From assembly GCA_034661075.1 (NCBI GenBank), contig JAYEKP010000088.1, positions 1 to 63,806 of the forward strand: a stretch of DNA of 63,806 nucleotides, read 5' to 3'. Below are positions 47,101-56,359 of the stretch, piece by piece (the stretch's first letter is position 1; each line of letters opens with the position of its first letter). The translations under genes and the position numbers were made by a program. The DNA is from Bacteroidota bacterium. Lineage in GTDB: Bacteria > Bacteroidota > Bacteroidia > Bacteroidales > UBA12077. Below the pieces are notes generated by a model. The model did no database searches. It saw nothing but the letters and a program-made list of their open reading frames with translations, and had not been told where the DNA came from.

Positions 47101-50100
47101 AGCGAAAGTTGTCCCGCCTCCGACCAGGTGGAAGTAGTTGCTTCGGAAGTTGACTTAACCATGACACAAATCTATACCGTACTGGAAGATTCCTGTGAGC
47201 GCGAAGATTTAACCGAATTGTCGGTTCAAGTTACCAACAACAGCCTGAAAAACCTTGAACCCGTTACGGATACTGTCGACCTGGCCTATCAGGTCAATAA
47301 CCAGGATCCGGTTACGCAGTCCTTTGCTTTAACATCAACCTTTGCAATAGGAGCTACCCAGGATTTCACTTTTACTCAAGAGGCTGATTTCAGGACAGTT
47401 AATGATTATACGTTAAAAGTTTTTGTAGATTTGGCTGACGACCTGAATCCTCTGGACGATACACTGACTTCTACCTTTAGTACCAAAGGGTATGTGGATA
47501 TTCATTTTGACCAGGATACCATTTACACCTCTCAAACAGATACGCTTGAATTATCCCCAATCCCTGCATACGACAATTACACCTGGAGTACAGGCGAAAC
47601 GAGCGACACCATTACACCTGCTGACAATATCAGTCAATGGTACATAGTGACGGTAAATGATAATTTTGTTTGCGGTTCGGATACCGACTCCGTATATGTA
47701 GAAACCTATGATTTAGGTGTTACAGCTATAAATAATCCAACCAATGGATGCGAAGATACAGTATCTTTATCCATACCTTTATCAGTTACAATTAAAAATT
47801 ACAGTGGGAATACCTATCCTGCAGATAAAGAGATAAACATTTCCTATAATTTTGACAACAATGGATGGAATGATGTTACTGTAACACCAGGAGCAGATTT
47901 TGGCCCGAACAGTACAAGAACAATTAATATTGGTTCAATTGAACCTACTGAACCAGGATTACACACATTTATTGTAACTACTTTATCTAATATCGATGCC
48001 AACCATTCGAATGATACTATTTTTCATCATTTTGAAACATATCAGCTGCCAGATGTAGAGCTAGCCTACGATACAATTTTTACAACCCGGGCAGACACGG
48101 TACTACTCATTGCTGAAACACAGGGTGATATTGATTCTTACTTATGGAATACAGGAAATACAAATGACACTTTATTTGTTAGTGATAATTATTCATCTAA
48201 TTATATAGTAGAAGTAACTGATATTAATAGTTGTGGCAGTGATAAAGATTCAACTTCTATTATTACTTACGATTTCAAACTAGATGCTCTTACTTTTCCA
48301 AAAGATGGATGTTCACATACTAACGCTGAACATGTAACAATAAATATTAAAAATAACGGAGACGACCTATTTCATACCGGACAAAAAATTATGGTCGGTT
48401 ATATTTTTAATAATTCAACACCTGTTCTAGAAGAAATTATTTTAGAAACTAATCTTTTCCCTTCTCAAACGATTGAATATACATTTACAGAAAAAATAAA
48501 TATGCAACAAGTTGGCTCGTATTCACTTTCAGTTTTTACTGACTTTAATTATGATGCCAATCGCACAAACGACACCATTTCTAATATAATTAATACTTTT
48601 GGTTATCCTGTTGTTGATATTGGAGAAGACATTTACACTTCACAACCTGATACTGTGATGCTGATTGCTGATCCAGGTTATAATAATTACAGCTGGAATG
48701 ATGGAACAAAAGATGACACTTTACAGGTAAGCTATCCGGCTTCCTACAACTATATTGTTACAGTTACCAGTATTAACGGTTGTAGCACAAGAGACAGTCT
48801 AAATGTTTTCACTTACAATGTCAATGCCTCCGGGCTGGTTGCACCCGAAAATCAATGCGAACTAACCGATACTGAAGAGATCACCCTTGCTGTGCACAAC
48901 AACAGCATGGACACTTTACTCCATGGAGAATCCATCAGTGCAAGCTACAACCTTAACAATGGTTCTCCGGTTACAGAAACCTTTAACTTACCCGAAACCT
49001 TATATCCGGATAGCACATACGGTTATACATTTACCCAAACGGCTGATTTATCCGTTAATCAAACCCATCAGTTTAAATTATTTGCAAAACTTACGGATAT
49101 AGATGTTAACCTTGAGGATACCACAAGTGCAAGTGTTGATTTTCTGAAACCGGAGTTTGATCTGGGAGATGATGTAAATGTGGGAACCGGAGAATATACA
49201 ATAGATGCTGGAGCCGGTTATACCTCCTACTTGTGGTACGACGGATCAACCGAACAAACCTACACCGTGGATATCAATGACCAGACACCTAACCAATACT
49301 ATGCGGTTACGGTTACCAACAATTACGGTTGCGAAGCAACCGACTCGGTTAAAGTAACCTTCGATCTTGAGCCGGATATTGCCGTTACCAATATGTTCTC
49401 TCCCACAGCAACATGCTGGATTGATGGAGAGTCGTATCCTGTAGAAATAGAAATTACCAATGCGGGTGTTATTAACCTGGCTTCAGGAACAGAAATTCAG
49501 GTAGGATATAGAATTGCGAATGAAACACCTTTTACCGATACCTATGTCTTATCATCTGATTTAACAGGTGCTGAAAGTATATATTATACATTCGACCAGG
49601 AAATATCATTTCCTGAGGGGGATGATTACCTCATCAAAACTTTTGCTAAATTACCTGTGAATGACGAAGATATAGCCAATGACACCCTCCCCATGAATGT
49701 AAATATCAGTTCTCCGGATGTTAGCTTAAGTCCGGATGATACAATTTACTTTACCGATCAGGTAACCCTGAATGCAGGCAACTGGGAAAATTATCTGTGG
49801 CAGGATGGTAGCACCAAAAAAACCTATGAGGTTACTACCGAAGGATTATATTCGGTTACCGTTACCGATGCCCTCGGCTGCCAGGGATATGATGAAGTAT
49901 ATTGTGCTATTTCCACCGGTATGGATAACATTATTCAACATCATGATTACATAATCACCTATTTCCCCAATCCTGTTCATGAGGAGTTAAAAATCGTCAT
50001 AAACGCTCAACGGAACCTCGATGTTCATCTGGATTTAATCAACACCCACGGGCAGGTTGTTTATAACCAGAAGCTAAGCCGTGTAAAAGATGTGGTTGAA

Positions 50101-50193
50101 AGAATTTATGTCCGTAACTATGCACAGGGAGTATATTATCTGCGCTTCAGAATGGATGAAAAGTTTTATGTACGAAAGATTATTATCCAATAA
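44134..50193 (+). CDS. Giant modular cell-surface protein with T9SS type-A (Por_Secre_tail) C-terminal sorting domain
   Basis: 2019 aa. Signal peptide. MAM/choice-of-anchor-like N-terminal modules (FDNFEN..., IENFETNDG...). These are followed by alternating CARDB-like (YDxGV..P...C...I.N.G) and Y-x-W-x-x-G-x-T...VTVTD..GC modules. The C-terminus YFPNPVHEELKIVI...GVYYLRF...RKIIIQ is the sorting domain. Confidence 0.88.
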   Translation: MNIKDIIILCVFSFISLFSYGQEIYINENFDGSTKPADWTYFYESGDINWSYLDGGYTTGEPGSSEPPYAFQGERNAVFYFASPYNETTKLITPPIDLSYAIKPKLVFWHAQADKLYGGGYNHDELRIYYKTSFTSPWVLLAEYTDEVPDWTERNILLPDSSLTSTYYIAFEGKTKNGFGTCVDSMFVIETGIIPRYVESINTKQASSLIVPTSSENNKMVRVDISVKGNDGTIILDSIAFKSLNTNDTDISANGVKLFVSNDTTYYSATQISTGKNFNDETVSFYNLNYELPTGLSSVWLTYDIKEDENHNLQNHILDAYVPTNGIKINGNYFPSSDQSPSGNRKIAESIFFDNFENVGFWTFTGEFERDTAQGKGGGLGDPDPENAVSGSYIIGTDISDNGNYENNMNYHDDQAITPLIDAEYYKDTRIYFHRWLNIEVNDSAFIEYSTNGGTDWHRIWFSNATINDSKWKFINLDTKNFLDKKSDFQVNISLGGTSESWVLSGWNIDDFFITGDYISKDVGITDWIYPTGGCGHTDEEYITVEITNFAGDPLTDPLPLSFSFDGGTSIYQDTILAPNLAVKSSMTYEIKTPIDLTTPGWFLDVYAETNLPGDEVSTNNRLTTEIFITPTYSLPYIENFETNDGYYLSGGDYSSWSYGIPAGTIINGAASGDNAWVTSLSGTYNNNEDSYLETPCFNFGGADSIIFEFKCKGLSEDQTDGLTIMYTFNEGETWEPLPNDHDYSWNWYNEGNISALGLPGIDDTNEEWLTYRQLLPEIFSNQSLVKFRFAFKSNSSLRYEGFGIDDIKIYEAPYDVGVSAMTYPYDACEWKDTTHVKIYIENYGPNAVKTGTDIPLVMKFKTSTLRDTLTLSEDLAVQDSVLYTFGSTVDMSYAGDYDFILYTKLENDPFYYSESCNDSLVTSASVLGMPNYNPFPDVIGEETPINITLDAGEESPGVDYTSYAWSPAGSNRTLNVSSAGTYSVTVTNSESCPASDQVEVVASEVDLTMTQIYTVLEDSCEREDLTELSVQVTNNSLKNLEPVTDTVDLAYQVNNQDPVTQSFALTSTFAIGATQDFTFTQEADFRTVNDYTLKVFVDLADDLNPLDDTLTSTFSTKGYVDIHFDQDTIYTSQTDTLELSPIPAYDNYTWSTGETSDTITPADNISQWYIVTVNDNFVCGSDTDSVYVETYDLGVTAINNPTNGCEDTVSLSIPLSVTIKNYSGNTYPADKEINISYNFDNNGWNDVTVTPGADFGPNSTRTINIGSIEPTEPGLHTFIVTTLSNIDANHSNDTIFHHFETYQLPDVELAYDTIFTTRADTVLLIAETQGDIDSYLWNTGNTNDTLFVSDNYSSNYIVEVTDINSCGSDKDSTSIITYDFKLDALTFPKDGCSHTNAEHVTINIKNNGDDLFHTGQKIMVGYIFNNSTPVLEEIILETNLFPSQTIEYTFTEKINMQQVGSYSLSVFTDFNYDANRTNDTISNIINTFGYPVVDIGEDIYTSQPDTVMLIADPGYNNYSWNDGTKDDTLQVSYPASYNYIVTVTSINGCSTRDSLNVFTYNVNASGLVAPENQCELTDTEEITLAVHNNSMDTLLHGESISASYNLNNGSPVTETFNLPETLYPDSTYGYTFTQTADLSVNQTHQFKLFAKLTDIDVNLEDTTSASVDFLKPEFDLGDDVNVGTGEYTIDAGAGYTSYLWYDGSTEQTYTVDINDQTPNQYYAVTVTNNYGCEATDSVKVTFDLEPDIAVTNMFSPTATCWIDGESYPVEIEITNAGVINLASGTEIQVGYRIANETPFTDTYVLSSDLTGAESIYYTFDQEISFPEGDDYLIKTFAKLPVNDEDIANDTLPMNVNISSPDVSLSPDDTIYFTDQVTLNAGNWENYLWQDGSTKKTYEVTTEGLYSVTVTDALGCQGYDEVYCAISTGMDNIIQHHDYIITYFPNPVHEELKIVINAQRNLDVHLDLINTHGQVVYNQKLSRVKDVVERIYVRNYAQGVYYLRFRMDEKFYVRKIIIQ

Positions 50194-50211
50194 TGATATT
50201 GATCAATATAA

Positions 50212-50401
50212 AACCGACGGGTTAACCCGTCGGTTACAGCAATCATGACCTATTTTTCCGGTTGTTTTTATCGGATGATTTTCCCGTCTGCTTTAGCTGA
50301 CGGATAACATAGGATAGAAAATAACAGGCTTTAGCCGGTTATGATGAAAGTAAGGGCTTCGCTCAAAACGAAACCTGCCACAGGCGGGTAAACCCTTACT
50401 T
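50212..50401. repeat. Cluster of four REP-like hairpins between convergent genes
   Basis: Four hairpins were read directly:
- 50212-50235: AACCGACGGG-ttaa-CCCGTCGGTT.
- About 50284-50302: CCGTCTGC-ttta-GCTGACGG.
- About 50322-50343: ATAACAGGC-ttta-GCCGGTTAT.
- 50349-50401: outer stem AAGTAAGGG/CCCTTACTT enclosing two small stems. Confidence 0.7.
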
Positions 50402-50431
50402 AAACTTACCCCTAAATTGGATTATCAATGA

Positions 50432-51343
50432 TTATCCTTTCACAAAAATCGCTTTGATAATCTGGCTGGCCATTTTGGGATTTTCCTTTAATCGGCGGGT
50501 TGAATATCCAAACCACTCTTTTCCAAAGGGGACATACACTCTCATTCGATGACCATCGTCAACAATTTTTTGACGCAAGTGGGGTGTAACCCCATAAAGC
50601 ATCTGGAACTCATATTTATCTTTGGGCACCTTGTATTTCTCTATTAACCGGTAAGCACCCTCAACCACCGGCTTGTCGTGGGTTGCTATCCCCGGATAAA
50701 TACCCTTCTGAAAACAAAACTCGATATCCTCTAAAAAATGCTGATTTACTTCTTCGTATTTTTTATAAGCAATCTCCCTGGGCTCAACGTAAATCCCTTT
50801 ACACAAACGATAGTTTAAAGGTGCTTCTTCGGAGTGCATATCCATTAAATTTTCCAGGTCGGAATAAGTTCTTCGCATATAAGCCTGAAATACCAGCCCT
50901 ACATTTTTCGGAAACTCGGCTTTGAGTTTTCGAAAAAGCTCAATTTCAAGGTCTGTACATGAAGAATCTTCCATGTCGACACGAATAAAATTATCATATT
51001 CAGCAGCTTTAGCTACAATTTCACGAATGTGCTGATAACAAACATCTTTATCAATCAATAAACCAAACATGGTTGGTTTTAATGAGTAGTTACCATCAAT
51101 CTTCTCTGCTTCAATACGGTCAATCAATTCGAGATACTCTTTTTTATTTTGCTCGGCTTCGTCGAGATTTTCTATAAACTCTCCCAGGATATCAAGGGTT
51201 ACCATGATTCCTTCACGATTGAGATCTTTAGACACCTTAATGGCATCTTCTACCGTTTCACCGGCGATATAAGTTTTGGAAAATAACCATACAAATTTCT
51301 TAGGAAAGTATGGTAAAATAGCTGCAATAAATTTATTAAACAT
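50432..51343 (-). CDS. Proline dehydrogenase (monofunctional PutA-like)
   Basis: 303 aa. PRODH TIM-barrel family pattern (YIAGETVEDAIKVSKDLNREGIMVTLDILGE...YVPFGKEWFGYSTRRLKENP). Confidence 0.85.
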   Translation of the reverse strand: MFNKFIAAILPYFPKKFVWLFSKTYIAGETVEDAIKVSKDLNREGIMVTLDILGEFIENLDEAEQNKKEYLELIDRIEAEKIDGNYSLKPTMFGLLIDKDVCYQHIREIVAKAAEYDNFIRVDMEDSSCTDLEIELFRKLKAEFPKNVGLVFQAYMRRTYSDLENLMDMHSEEAPLNYRLCKGIYVEPREIAYKKYEEVNQHFLEDIEFCFQKGIYPGIATHDKPVVEGAYRLIEKYKVPKDKYEFQMLYGVTPHLRQKIVDDGHRMRVYVPFGKEWFGYSTRRLKENPKMASQIIKAIFVKG

Positions 51344-51470
51344 ATCTTAATTGTTCATTAGTTATAATTATACAATATAAACATCTAACTATTTAAATAG
51401 TTTGGCATAATTATAAATTTTTTTGCAAATAATCAATTAAAAAAGGGAGATTACAGTAGATTATTTAATA

Positions 51471-51492
51471 CGCCAAACCGCTCAAAGCGGCT
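51471..51492. repeat. REP-like hairpin, inverted copy of 36113-36134
   Basis: CGCCAAACCGCTCAAAGCGGCT. This is a 22-nt exact reverse-complement match to 36113-36134. Confidence 0.75.
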
Positions 51493-51524
51493 TGGTGAGT
51501 TAGACAACAAGGTTATCTTTAATT

Positions 51525-52490
51525 CTAATTATACTTATGATCTTTTAAATAATTTTGCACATAATCTTTCACTCCATCTTCCAGCGTGGTAAAAGAATTA
51601 TCATAACCAATTGATCTAAGTTTGTCCATATTTGCTTCGGTAAAATACTGGTATTTATCGCGAATATCTTCGGGCGTATCTATAAATTCAATATTTTCTT
51701 TAACGCCCATGGCTTTAAATGTATTTTTGGCCAGGTCGAGAAAAGAACGCGCTTTGCCGGTTCCCAGGTTATAAATTCCAGAATCTTTACGATGATTCAT
51801 TAAGAAATAGATAACATTCACCACATCTTTTACATAAATAAAATCACGAAGCTGTTCCCCATCTTTGAAATCAGGGCGGTGCGACCGGAAAAGTTTCATT
51901 TTTCCCGTATTCGAAATCTGATGATAAGCATGAAAAATTACCGATGCCATGCGTCCTTTATGATACTCATTGGGGCCGTAAACATTAAAGAATTTTAATC
52001 CGGCCCAGAAATAAGGTTTATGTTCCTGCGGTAAAGCCCATTTATCAAATTCATTTTTCGATTCTCCATACGGATTTAATGGTTTTAATTTTTCCACTAT
52101 CTCATGATTATCATCATAGCCATGCTCACCCCCTCCGTAAGTTGCCGCGGACGAGGCATAAATCAATGGCAAACCATATTCAACACATTTATTCCATACC
52201 CGCTGGGTATAACCAATATTTAATTTTTCAAAAACGGATGGATCAAATTCAGCAGTATCGGTTCGTGCACCAATATGCAAAATAATTTGCACCCATTTAT
52301 GGTTAGCATCCAGCCATTCCATCAGATCATCACGATGTACTTTTTGCGAAAACTCCTTTCCTTCAAAATTCTTATTTTTCTCCTCACGCGAAAAATCATC
52401 CACTAAAACGATATCTTTAAAACCTTCATCATTTAGTTTACGCACTAAATTACTGCCGATAAACCCGGCGGCTCCTGTAACTATAATCAT
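51525..52490 (-). CDS. hldD: ADP-L-glycero-D-manno-heptose 6-epimerase
   Basis: 321 aa. MIIVTGAAGFIGSNLVRKLNDEGFKDIVLVDDF and the overall SDR-extended pattern closely resemble HldD/RfaD. Confidence 0.85.
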   Translation of the reverse strand: MIIVTGAAGFIGSNLVRKLNDEGFKDIVLVDDFSREEKNKNFEGKEFSQKVHRDDLMEWLDANHKWVQIILHIGARTDTAEFDPSVFEKLNIGYTQRVWNKCVEYGLPLIYASSAATYGGGEHGYDDNHEIVEKLKPLNPYGESKNEFDKWALPQEHKPYFWAGLKFFNVYGPNEYHKGRMASVIFHAYHQISNTGKMKLFRSHRPDFKDGEQLRDFIYVKDVVNVIYFLMNHRKDSGIYNLGTGKARSFLDLAKNTFKAMGVKENIEFIDTPEDIRDKYQYFTEANMDKLRSIGYDNSFTTLEDGVKDYVQNYLKDHKYN

Positions 52491-52519
52491 AACTTTACTT
52501 TTTAATCATTTTGCGTTTG

Positions 52520-53353
52520 CTAAGTTAAAAATATTTGTTGACTCATTGGTGGAACAATTCCTAAAGAGGATGCTTTTTTATACAGACTTTTTATGGCTTC
52601 TTTTCCATCATTACCCAAATCGAGCGTATAATTATTTACATACAATGCAATATGTTTATACATTACCTCTTCGTCCATTTCCTGTGCATGTTTTTTTATA
52701 TAAGGATATGCTGATTTTGGATTTTCAAAAGCATACTCAACACTTTTCTGTAAAATGCGGTTAATTTTTAACTTTAGTTCAATATCCATATCCCGTTTAA
52801 TGGCTATGCCGCCCAATGGAATGGACAGGTTCATCTCTTTCTCCCAGTACTCCCCTAAATCTAAAATTTTTTGCAATCCTTTTTTTTCATAGGTAAACCT
52901 ATTCTCGTGAATAATAAGCCCGGCATCTGCTTCTCCGCTTAAAACAACCTCCTCAATATCCGAAAACAGATACGCTTTCTTTTGTTTAGCATAGGGGTAA
53001 GCTATACTTAGCAATAAATTAGCTGTGGTATTTATGCCAGGGATTGCAATGGTTACATCATTCACTTCATCGGGATAAATTTTATGTTTACTGATTAATA
53101 GCGGGCCGTTATTTTTTCCTAAAGCACTTCCTGCATCTAACAAACAATAATTGTCAGCAATCTTTGCATAAGCATGATAACTTACTTTGGTAACATCCAG
53201 CAATTGACGAGCAGCTTTTTTGTTCAACTCTTCCACATCAGCCAATAAAACATCAAAATCAAGCCCCTCAGTATCCACTTTATGATGAACCATGGCATCG
53301 AAAATAAAAGTATCGTTGGGGCAGGGGGAATAGCCAAGTGTTATTTTTCTCAT
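52520..53353 (-). CDS. mqnD: 1,4-dihydroxy-6-naphthoate synthase (futalosine pathway)
   Basis: 277 aa. ITLGYSPCPNDTFIFDAMVHHKVDTEGLDFDVLLADVEELN is the MqnD N-terminal signature as remembered. Confidence 0.8.
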   Translation of the reverse strand: MRKITLGYSPCPNDTFIFDAMVHHKVDTEGLDFDVLLADVEELNKKAARQLLDVTKVSYHAYAKIADNYCLLDAGSALGKNNGPLLISKHKIYPDEVNDVTIAIPGINTTANLLLSIAYPYAKQKKAYLFSDIEEVVLSGEADAGLIIHENRFTYEKKGLQKILDLGEYWEKEMNLSIPLGGIAIKRDMDIELKLKINRILQKSVEYAFENPKSAYPYIKKHAQEMDEEVMYKHIALYVNNYTLDLGNDGKEAIKSLYKKASSLGIVPPMSQQIFLT

Positions 53354-53368
53354 CGTTTATAAAACATT

Positions 53369-54052
53369 TTATTTGTAAACATTTATTATCTCAAAAAGTT
53401 TATGGTTAAGGTTTTTAATGGCTAACGGAATATTCCAATTTTGGGAATTACGCTCTTCCACAAAATTAGAAATTGCCCGGATAGCCATAAACCGAACGCC
53501 TTCTTTTAAACAAACATAAAAAAAGGCAGCACTTTCCATCGTTTCAATATCTGCAGAAAATTTTTGTTTTATTTTTTCAATCGAGTCTTCGTTGCCATGG
53601 GTTATATCTGAAGTTAATGCCTTTACTTTTTGCAATGATTGGAAAATATTTTGTTTGAATTGATTCGGATTTACGAGCTGTCCGTTTTTAAACGGAAAGT
53701 CATTGGAATCCAGAAATTTTTTATCAAATAAAGTGTAAAAACTATCCCCATCTTCAATGCCTAACCCGGCAAACTCATCTTTTTCAACCCAAACCACATC
53801 GCCAATCTTTAAATCAGAGTTAAAACTACCGGCTATGCCTGCATTAATTACTAAATCATATTTTTTAGCTTGTAATTTTTGGCTCAATGCGTATGTTGTA
53901 AAAGTGCAACCCACTCCGGTAATTAAATAATCAACCACCAAATCTTTCACAACGGTATATTTCATCATGCAAGCGTTTGATACATTGATTTTTAAATTTT
54001 TCTTTACAGAAAAAATCTCCTTTTCTGTTGCTGAAACAATTAAAATCTTCAC
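53369..54052 (-). CDS. mqnB: Futalosine hydrolase (nucleoside phosphorylase superfamily)
   Basis: 227 aa. MKILIVSATEKEI..., PNP/UDP fold length. Adjacent to mqnD. Confidence 0.7.
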   Translation of the reverse strand: MKILIVSATEKEIFSVKKNLKINVSNACMMKYTVVKDLVVDYLITGVGCTFTTYALSQKLQAKKYDLVINAGIAGSFNSDLKIGDVVWVEKDEFAGLGIEDGDSFYTLFDKKFLDSNDFPFKNGQLVNPNQFKQNIFQSLQKVKALTSDITHGNEDSIEKIKQKFSADIETMESAAFFYVCLKEGVRFMAIRAISNFVEERNSQNWNIPLAIKNLNHKLFEIINVYK

Positions 54053-54162
54053 GGTATTTTGTACTTTTGGAAACTCAAAGATATTGTTTTTGTGGTAAAA
54101 TTATTGTTATTTTAAGGGAACAACAATTTATTTGAAATAAAAACAATATAAAATGACGTATT

Positions 54163-54576
54163 ATGATGTACTTAACCCGACGAGAACGATTTTGTGCTGC
54201 TCACCGGCTATTCCGCAAAGAATGGGATGATGCAAAAAACCTTGAAGTTTTCGGACAGTGTTCACATAAAAACTGGCATGGACATAATTACATTCTTTAT
54301 GTTACAGTAAAAGGCGAATTAAATCCTGAAACCGGATTTGTGGTTAACATTAAACAATTAAGTACCATCATAAAAGAAAGGGTCATCGAAAAACTTGACC
54401 ATAAAAACATTAATATAGATGTAGATTTTATGCAGGAAAAAATTGCTTCGACTGAAAATTTAGCCATTGGGATATGGGAACAATTAAAACCCGCGATTGA
54501 AACATTGGGTATTGAACTACATTGTGTTAAGATACAGGAAACCGAAAACAATTTTGTCGAATATTTTGGAAATTAA
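54163..54576 (+). CDS. 6-pyruvoyl-tetrahydropterin / 6-carboxy-tetrahydropterin synthase family protein (PTPS/QueD)
   Basis: 137 aa. RRERFCAAHRL, FGQCSHKNWHGHNY, LDHKNINIDV, STENLAIGIWEQL. Strongly PTPS-like. Followed by folE. Confidence 0.88.
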   Translation: MMYLTRRERFCAAHRLFRKEWDDAKNLEVFGQCSHKNWHGHNYILYVTVKGELNPETGFVVNIKQLSTIIKERVIEKLDHKNINIDVDFMQEKIASTENLAIGIWEQLKPAIETLGIELHCVKIQETENNFVEYFGN

Positions 54577-54585
54577 TAACAAATC

Positions 54586-55224
54586 ATGGAAATAGTTAAT
54601 AATGGAGTAAAAACATTTGAAGATAGTGGGTACGCACGTATCGACAAATGGAACGAAGAAAAAACAGAAGAATTATCAAAGCATTACAAAGCTATACTCG
54701 AACTTATTGGTGAAGATCCTAAACGAGAAGGATTATTGGATACTCCTCTGCGTGTTGCCAAAGCCATTCAGTTTTTAACCAAAGGGTATAATATTGAACC
54801 GAAAGATATTTTAAAATCGGCCATTTTTAAGGAAGATTACAAGCAAATGGTTATTGTTAAAGATATTGAGCTTTACTCCATGTGCGAACATCATATGATT
54901 CCTTTTTATGGTAAAGCGCATGTGGCTTATATCCCGAATGAATATATCACCGGATTGAGTAAAATTGCCCATGTGGTTGAAGCTTACGCCCGTCGTTTAC
55001 AGGTTCAGGAACGTTTAACCATGCAAATCAGGGACTGTATACAGGAAACATTAAACCCTATGGGTGTTGCAGTAGTTATTGAAGCAGCACATATGTGCAT
55101 GCAGATGCGCGGGGTGCAAAAACAAAATTCGGTAACTACTACCTCTGCTTTTACCGGAGCGTTTTTACGCGATACAAAAACCCGCGAAGAGTTTATACAC
55201 CTTATTGGTTCGAAACTGCATTAA
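54586..55224 (+). CDS. folE: GTP cyclohydrolase I
   Basis: 212 aa. [46 protein letters not shown]. Confidence 0.93.
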   Translation: MEIVNNGVKTFEDSGYARIDKWNEEKTEELSKHYKAILELIGEDPKREGLLDTPLRVAKAIQFLTKGYNIEPKDILKSAIFKEDYKQMVIVKDIELYSMCEHHMIPFYGKAHVAYIPNEYITGLSKIAHVVEAYARRLQVQERLTMQIRDCIQETLNPMGVAVVIEAAHMCMQMRGVQKQNSVTTTSAFTGAFLRDTKTREEFIHLIGSKLH

Positions 55225-55358
55225 TCATCTCATTAAGATTAAATTTCTAAAAATCCTAAGCATAGACAAATATTGCCTTTTGGTTAGGATTTTTATATTT
55301 TTGTCGACCGATTATAGGAATAACAATTAAACGTTAAATATTAACTAAAATTAATGAT

Positions 55359-56231
55359 ATGAAAGCATATGTATTCCCAGGCCAGGGAGCACAATTTGTT
55401 GGAATGGGTAAGGATTTATATGAAAATTACCCGGTAGCCAAAGAATTATTCGAGAAAGCCAACGAAATTTTAGGTTTTAGGATTACTGATTTGATGTTTG
55501 AGGGAACAGAAGATGACCTGAAACAAACCAGGGTAACGCAACCGGCTATCTTTTTACATTCGGTAATTTTAGCTAAAACACTGGAAGATTTTAAACCCGA
55601 GATGGTTGCAGGGCATTCGTTAGGAGAATTTTCTGCGTTGGTAGCCAATGGTGCACTATCCTTCGAAGATGGATTAAAATTAGTTTATAAACGTGCAATG
55701 GCCATGCAAAAAGCCTGTGAATTGGAGCAATCGACCATGGCAGCCATTATCGGATTAGAAGATAAAGTGGTAGAAGATGTTTGTGCGGCAATAGACGAGA
55801 TTGTGATTCCGGCCAACTACAATTGCCCGGGACAACTTGTTATTTCAGGCTCAATGAAAGGAGTTGATATTGCCTGTGAAAAATTAAAAGAAGCAGGAGC
55901 AAAACGTGCTTTACCCCTTAAAGTTGGTGGTGCATTCCACTCGCCTTTAATGGAACCTGCTCGTGTTGAATTAGCGGAAGCAATTAACAGCACAAACTTT
56001 AACACTCCGATTTGCCCGGTATACCAAAATGCAGACGCAAAACCCTATACCGATCCGGTAAAAATTAAAGAAAACTTAATTAAGCAATTAACCTCACCTG
56101 TAAGATGGACACAAACCATGCAAAATATGATTGCGGATGGAATGACCTCATACACCGAAGTTGGGCCCGGAACGGTTTTGCAAGGATTACTAAAAAAAGT
56201 AGATCGGCAAATACCAGCACAGAGTGCATAA
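55359..56231 (+). CDS. fabD: Malonyl-CoA:ACP transacylase
   Basis: 290 aa. FPGQGAQFVGMG, active-site GHSLGEFSAL, GAFHSPLM. Confidence 0.93.
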   Translation: MKAYVFPGQGAQFVGMGKDLYENYPVAKELFEKANEILGFRITDLMFEGTEDDLKQTRVTQPAIFLHSVILAKTLEDFKPEMVAGHSLGEFSALVANGALSFEDGLKLVYKRAMAMQKACELEQSTMAAIIGLEDKVVEDVCAAIDEIVIPANYNCPGQLVISGSMKGVDIACEKLKEAGAKRALPLKVGGAFHSPLMEPARVELAEAINSTNFNTPICPVYQNADAKPYTDPVKIKENLIKQLTSPVRWTQTMQNMIADGMTSYTEVGPGTVLQGLLKKVDRQIPAQSA

Positions 56232-56257
56232 ATGTAAAAGAAAAATATAGTAAGAGG

Positions 56258-56350
56258 GTGTCCAAAAAGCCATAAGAAAGTCATTGCTTCATTTCCTGCC
56301 TGCCGGCAGGCATGGCATTCGCAATGACACTTGTAATTATTTTTGGACAG
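56258..56350. repeat. Nested imperfect palindrome of about 90 nt between convergent fabD and osmC
   Basis: Outer arms GTCCAAAAA (56260-68) and TTTTTGGAC (56340-48). Middle arms GTCATTGC (56280-87) and GCAATGAC (56321-28). Central palindrome TGCCTGCC/GGCAGGCA (about 56297-56312). Confidence 0.7.
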
Positions 56351-56359
56351 CCTCTTTTT

